Shown piece by piece: positions 15,388 through 18,809 of a DNA stretch of 18,809 nucleotides. The DNA comes from Bdellovibrionia bacterium. GTDB lineage: Bacteria > Bdellovibrionota > UBA1018. The DNA lies in NCBI GenBank assembly GCA_049424145.1, contig JBMSSC010000044.1, positions 1 to 18,809 on the forward strand, read 5' to 3'. Made by a program: the position numbers and the translations under genes. Numbering within the stretch: position 1 is the stretch's first letter; each line of letters begins with the position of its first letter. Under the pieces are notes generated by a model. It was given only the letters and a program-made list of their open reading frames with translations, did no database searches and was not told the origin of the DNA.

Positions 15388-17634
15388 TTAATCCGGCTGT
15401 AATACACACACTGGAAATATTCCGTTTCGACCTGGGTCATCAGCTGGGGGATCTCCGTTGCTTCCCACATCATGCAATTTTAATCCAAAAGTCGTCATCG
15501 CGTTCATGGGGTTACAGCGTGAGGGGTCGAGGGCATAAGTGGCATCGGGATCCCTGGATGGCTGGTTGGTTCCGATTTCTTGACAATCGGTATCCGTGTA
15601 GAAGCGATAGGGTTGATAGGGGAGGCTGGCTGCTGTTCCGTTTTGCATGTCAGCGAGCATGATGCTGGGAGGAGTGACCACAAAAAGAAAGTCAAATCGG
15701 GCCGATCCTGTGTCTAATGCTTGAGAGGTGACGTTCATGGAAAAAGGAGCCGCTGGAGCTGTTTTTGGGGTTCCATAGGTCTGAGGGCTCATGTAGGTGG
15801 AGCAGACGTTCAGCGGGTCCACCAGAGGGGAGGCCTTACAGCCATATTTGAGGGCATTGAGATAGCCTGATGTTTGTCCAGAATCGACTCCAAAAGCATC
15901 CAAGTCTGGAGCCGCTGCGTTTTCATTGAGAACCCAAGTGGCCCATCGGTCTTCTTTTTCGGTTCCGCAAGCAAAACCAGGTCCATTCGTGCAGGGAGTT
16001 AGAAATGTTCCTCTTATCTTATAATTATTGTAGTAGTTGGTTAGATAGGGGAAAGCCCCACTCTGAGTCATATCTCCAGAAAAGGCATTAAGTCTCACGC
16101 ACTGGCGAGTGGATAAGATGCGATCGGCTAGAAAATGCGGGCCGCCCGCTTTTGCTTGATTGATGACGCCTTTGATCGACAGAGAGGCTGAAACTCGAGT
16201 CTGATCCAGGTCGCTCTCCTCAACGTCTCGTGGGCATCCTTCGAAAACAGGAATAATTTTGGAACCACTCGTAATATTGGGGTCAGCCCTCCAGTTTCCC
16301 GGATTGCAGTAGATCCCAGAAATCTGGAGCAAAGAGGAGGACTGACCTGGGTTGGTTCCCCCTGAGCCGGGGTAGTAGATGGATCGTTGAGGAAGGCTGG
16401 TTCGAAACAACCAAAGCTTCATCCAATGAAAACCCGAGGGAATCTTAACGGACGAATCGGGGCAAGTTTCCTGACCGGTGCCTGTGAATGAAGGGCGAGC
16501 CCCGTATCCAAGAGGAGGAGGTGGAAAGCCTCCTGAGCTTGATCCCGTCAGAGTGTTGATGCCAGGGGCAACATACGCGTTCACGGGAACACCAAAAACG
16601 CCGGAGGGTTGTTTCGCTAGGTAAAACGTGGAGCGATCCACTTCTCCTGAAGCTAGAGGATTTGAGGGGGAATGTGAGGGGGGAGGGTAAATCACCTTTG
16701 AGTTTGCGGGAAGTCCGGTGGGGAGAGCTCCTTTACTGTAAATGAAGAGATTGGAGTGGTTCTTTTCATTGTAGTAGCTTAAGTCATCTTTTGTGGCGTG
16801 AAAATTATTAGCCGAGCTGCTTAAGTAACGGCTGGGTTCGGGTATGGGAGGGCAGCTCCAGTTGGCAAGCCCCGGGTTGCCGGTGAGCGTGTAGGCTGCG
16901 GAGTAAACGGCGAGATTGCCACCGGGATTGGTGAAGTAAAAATCCAAGGGATAAGTGATCTTATAGTTTTCTGATTGAAAAGGATCATAGACGCTGGGAT
17001 CAAAGAGGTAGCCTACAGTGAGGATATCACTACATTGAAAGCGCTTGGGTTGTAAAAAACTACTGCTTTGAGTGGTGTCCAGCGTGTTGCCATTTCCACT
17101 GAAGGTAAATAGGACTGAATTGCTGTAGAGATCGGCTGTGGTGAGGTGAATGGAGACTTTAAAAGAAGTCACGTCACTGGCTAAGGTGCCATAGTTGCAG
17201 CGAACCAGGTCCGTTTCTGTGTAGATGACAGGGACCTCGACTTTCTGGTTGGGTAAGCTTTGGGAGGAGTAGGTATACACGCAGGTGCAGCTATTGCTCG
17301 AATTTGAACTGGATCCTGTGTTTTGACAGATGCTGCCTAGGGTTCCACTCCCATCCCCCACGAGATCCAAGGTGCCCGTTGGGTTCAGGTTATTCTTTAA
17401 AACCCGGCTTAAGACGAAGCTCACGGTTTCGTTGTTTGTGGGGGCTTGGGCAGACGGGGTGGGTGCGGTCAAGCTACTGAGAAAATTCATGACCCTGAGG
17501 TTATTGGTACAGCCGGATTGAAGCACAAGCACTAAGCATGAGGCAAAAAAAGGCAATAGGCGGAGGCTTCTCGACGCGCAGGTCGAGAAGGCACGGGGGA
17601 GGTCCTTTCTTTTAAAAACCGGGATGATTCTCAA
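15388..17634 (-). CDS. Large Cys-rich hypothetical lipoprotein (748 aa)
   Basis: TTG start with AAAGGA 9 nt upstream, CLVLVLQSG-C lipobox, about 17 Cys in the mature part. Paralogue of 12897-15299. Confidence 0.85.
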   Translation of the reverse strand: MRIIPVFKRKDLPRAFSTCASRSLRLLPFFASCLVLVLQSGCTNNLRVMNFLSSLTAPTPSAQAPTNNETVSFVLSRVLKNNLNPTGTLDLVGDGSGTLGSICQNTGSSSNSSNSCTCVYTYSSQSLPNQKVEVPVIYTETDLVRCNYGTLASDVTSFKVSIHLTTADLYSNSVLFTFSGNGNTLDTTQSSSFLQPKRFQCSDILTVGYLFDPSVYDPFQSENYKITYPLDFYFTNPGGNLAVYSAAYTLTGNPGLANWSCPPIPEPSRYLSSSANNFHATKDDLSYYNEKNHSNLFIYSKGALPTGLPANSKVIYPPPSHSPSNPLASGEVDRSTFYLAKQPSGVFGVPVNAYVAPGINTLTGSSSGGFPPPPLGYGARPSFTGTGQETCPDSSVKIPSGFHWMKLWLFRTSLPQRSIYYPGSGGTNPGQSSSLLQISGIYCNPGNWRADPNITSGSKIIPVFEGCPRDVEESDLDQTRVSASLSIKGVINQAKAGGPHFLADRILSTRQCVRLNAFSGDMTQSGAFPYLTNYYNNYKIRGTFLTPCTNGPGFACGTEKEDRWATWVLNENAAAPDLDAFGVDSGQTSGYLNALKYGCKASPLVDPLNVCSTYMSPQTYGTPKTAPAAPFSMNVTSQALDTGSARFDFLFVVTPPSIMLADMQNGTAASLPYQPYRFYTDTDCQEIGTNQPSRDPDATYALDPSRCNPMNAMTTFGLKLHDVGSNGDPPADDPGRNGIFPVCVLQPD

Positions 17635-17684
17635 ATCATTCAGTCCTTTTTTTATGAGGCCTTAATTGATCAGTCTCTGATTAG

Positions 17685-17712
17685 TATTCGGGTTCTAGAT
17701 ATGCAAAATTTA
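17685..17712 (-). promoter_or_regulatory. Putative sigma28 (FliA)-type promoter
   Basis: Minus strand TAAA-ttttgcatatctagaa-CCCGAATA (16-nt spacer), 50 nt upstream of TTG 17634. Confidence 0.55.
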
Positions 17713-17933
17713 TACTAAATTACAAAAATAAATCATTTTCGAATTGAAAGGATTTTTGAGTTCTTTTTTGGGTCTTGAAGTGCTCAAGAAATAGACACTT
17801 TAGGGAGTGGTTCTCACAAGAAAGAGAGTAAGTGGGCTTAAGCAATGAAGAAAATCTCATTTTGACTCTGGGTGATGAGGCCTTTGACACTGTCTGATAT
17901 TTGGACATAGAAAAGTTCCTAAAATTCAGAAGC

Positions 17934-18809
17934 TTAGCGGTACCCCATTCGATAGAGCGTGGCATCAATGAAGATGATGCTTCCTGAGATGCGCTGAATA
18001 TGAATTCGATCAATAGCCGGGTCGATGGAGAGGGGAATGAGGACTTGAGCTTGCTGAATTTGGCCCGTCGGAGGTGCAAGAATAGCAAGCGTGTCAACTG
18101 ATCTTGGGTATTGATCGGTGGCTCCGTAGGTCAAAATACGAGGTTGGTTAATGGAGCGGACGACATCGGCTGAGTGTCCCGTTCGAACCAGGTGCACTCG
18201 CAGGGAGCCTGCTTCGCTCACACTGAGTGAACTCAGGTTCATCTTTTGATTGGACTGATCGAGAGGAAAAAAAGTGAGGTTGAGCAAGAGGTCTTCACGG
18301 GGTCCTAAGGCGCTGCGATCCAAATCGATGTAGACGCCACCGACGTATTGGCTACTGATGGTGGGGTCGAGGCTAGCAATGGGTCCTGAGCCCACGCAGG
18401 CGGTGTTTAGGGTCGTATAGTAGCCTGAGTTATAGCCTAGGTCTCCTCGGTAATTGATGATGGAATCAAACTTCCAGTAGTAAGTAGGCGGGGTGGAGGA
18501 GGTGGTAGTCGAGGTGAAGTGAAGAATGGGGTTTTGGAGGGTCAATGCAGCACTGGTGAGGGTGGAGTTTTCCGATCCCAGATCTTCGCCACTTGAAGGG
18601 TAGATACTCACGCTTGAAGAGTTTGATGTATCCAGTCGTTGAAGGAAGATGGATTGGCCCGCATTGAGGGCTGCAGGGGGAAGTTTTAAGTGCATGGACC
18701 CTAAGGTAGCATCTACGAGAAGAAACCGACTTTGGCTTGGGATGGAGTAGGCAGTGGAGGAGGAGATCATGGGCTCAGGGTTTTGAGTGCTCCAGTAGTA
18801 TTTGGAGAC
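17934..18809 (-). CDS. Hypothetical protein, C-terminal part (5' end outside window), with phage-fibre-like module and domain shared with 10833-11882
   Basis: Frame stays open beyond ATG 18770 to the window edge (VSKYYWSTQNPEP-M). LVDATLGSMHLKLPPA...G.SIFLQRLD...VSIYPSSGE module. C-terminal YIDLDRS..EDLLLNLTF..LIPLS..RISGSIIF. Confidence 0.8.
   Translation of the reverse strand, partial: VSKYYWSTQNPEPMISSSTAYSIPSQSRFLLVDATLGSMHLKLPPAALNAGQSIFLQRLDTSNSSSVSIYPSSGEDLGSENSTLTSAALTLQNPILHFTSTTTSSTPPTYYWKFDSIINYRGDLGYNSGYYTTLNTACVGSGPIASLDPTISSQYVGGVYIDLDRSALGPREDLLLNLTFFPLDQSNQKMNLSSLSVSEAGSLRVHLVRTGHSADVVRSINQPRILTYGATDQYPRSVDTLAILAPPTGQIQQAQVLIPLSIDPAIDRIHIQRISGSIIFIDATLYRMGYR

Noticed and set aside
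166..17521. Numerous short ORFs (60-145 aa) inside or antisense to long genes
   Set aside because: Shadow frames of well-supported CDSs with no recognisable motifs.
17640..17933. Possible ncRNA, riboswitch or terminator in the longest intergenic region
   Set aside because: Only short weak hairpins, no recognisable aptamer, and no GC stem followed by a U-tract.
17720..18097. 125-aa minus-strand ORF
   Set aside because: It overlaps the real gene in another frame, runs through AT-rich promoter DNA and has no recognisable features.

Overview
About 50% GC bacterial chromosomal segment, most likely from a Bdellovibrionota/Oligoflexia-type bacterium. This is inferred from Sec-exported S74 fibre proteins ending in C-x3-P-x2-P-x-C and many Cys-rich lipoproteins. 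The left end is a conventional prkA(yeaG)-yeaH-spoVR(ycgB) operon on the + strand. The remaining ~15 kb is almost entirely cell-surface or secreted proteins, mostly on the - strand: (i) two colinear paralogous trimeric fibre proteins with Peptidase S74 chaperones, flanking a secreted protein that carries a poly-Pro tract, an IQ motif and an AT-rich unknown C-terminal domain and is translationally coupled to the upstream fibre; (ii) a probable outer-membrane beta-barrel; (iii) two pairs of uncharacterised paralogues (800/748-aa Cys-rich lipoproteins, and a 349-aa Cys-rich lipoprotein sharing a C-terminal domain with a truncated gene at the right edge); (iv) an embedded RluA-family pseudouridine synthase. 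Four surface genes are preceded by the same sigma28/FliA-like motif (TnAA-N16-nCCGA), suggesting a co-regulated attachment/effector system. No rRNA, tRNA, CRISPR array, IS element or prophage was seen.
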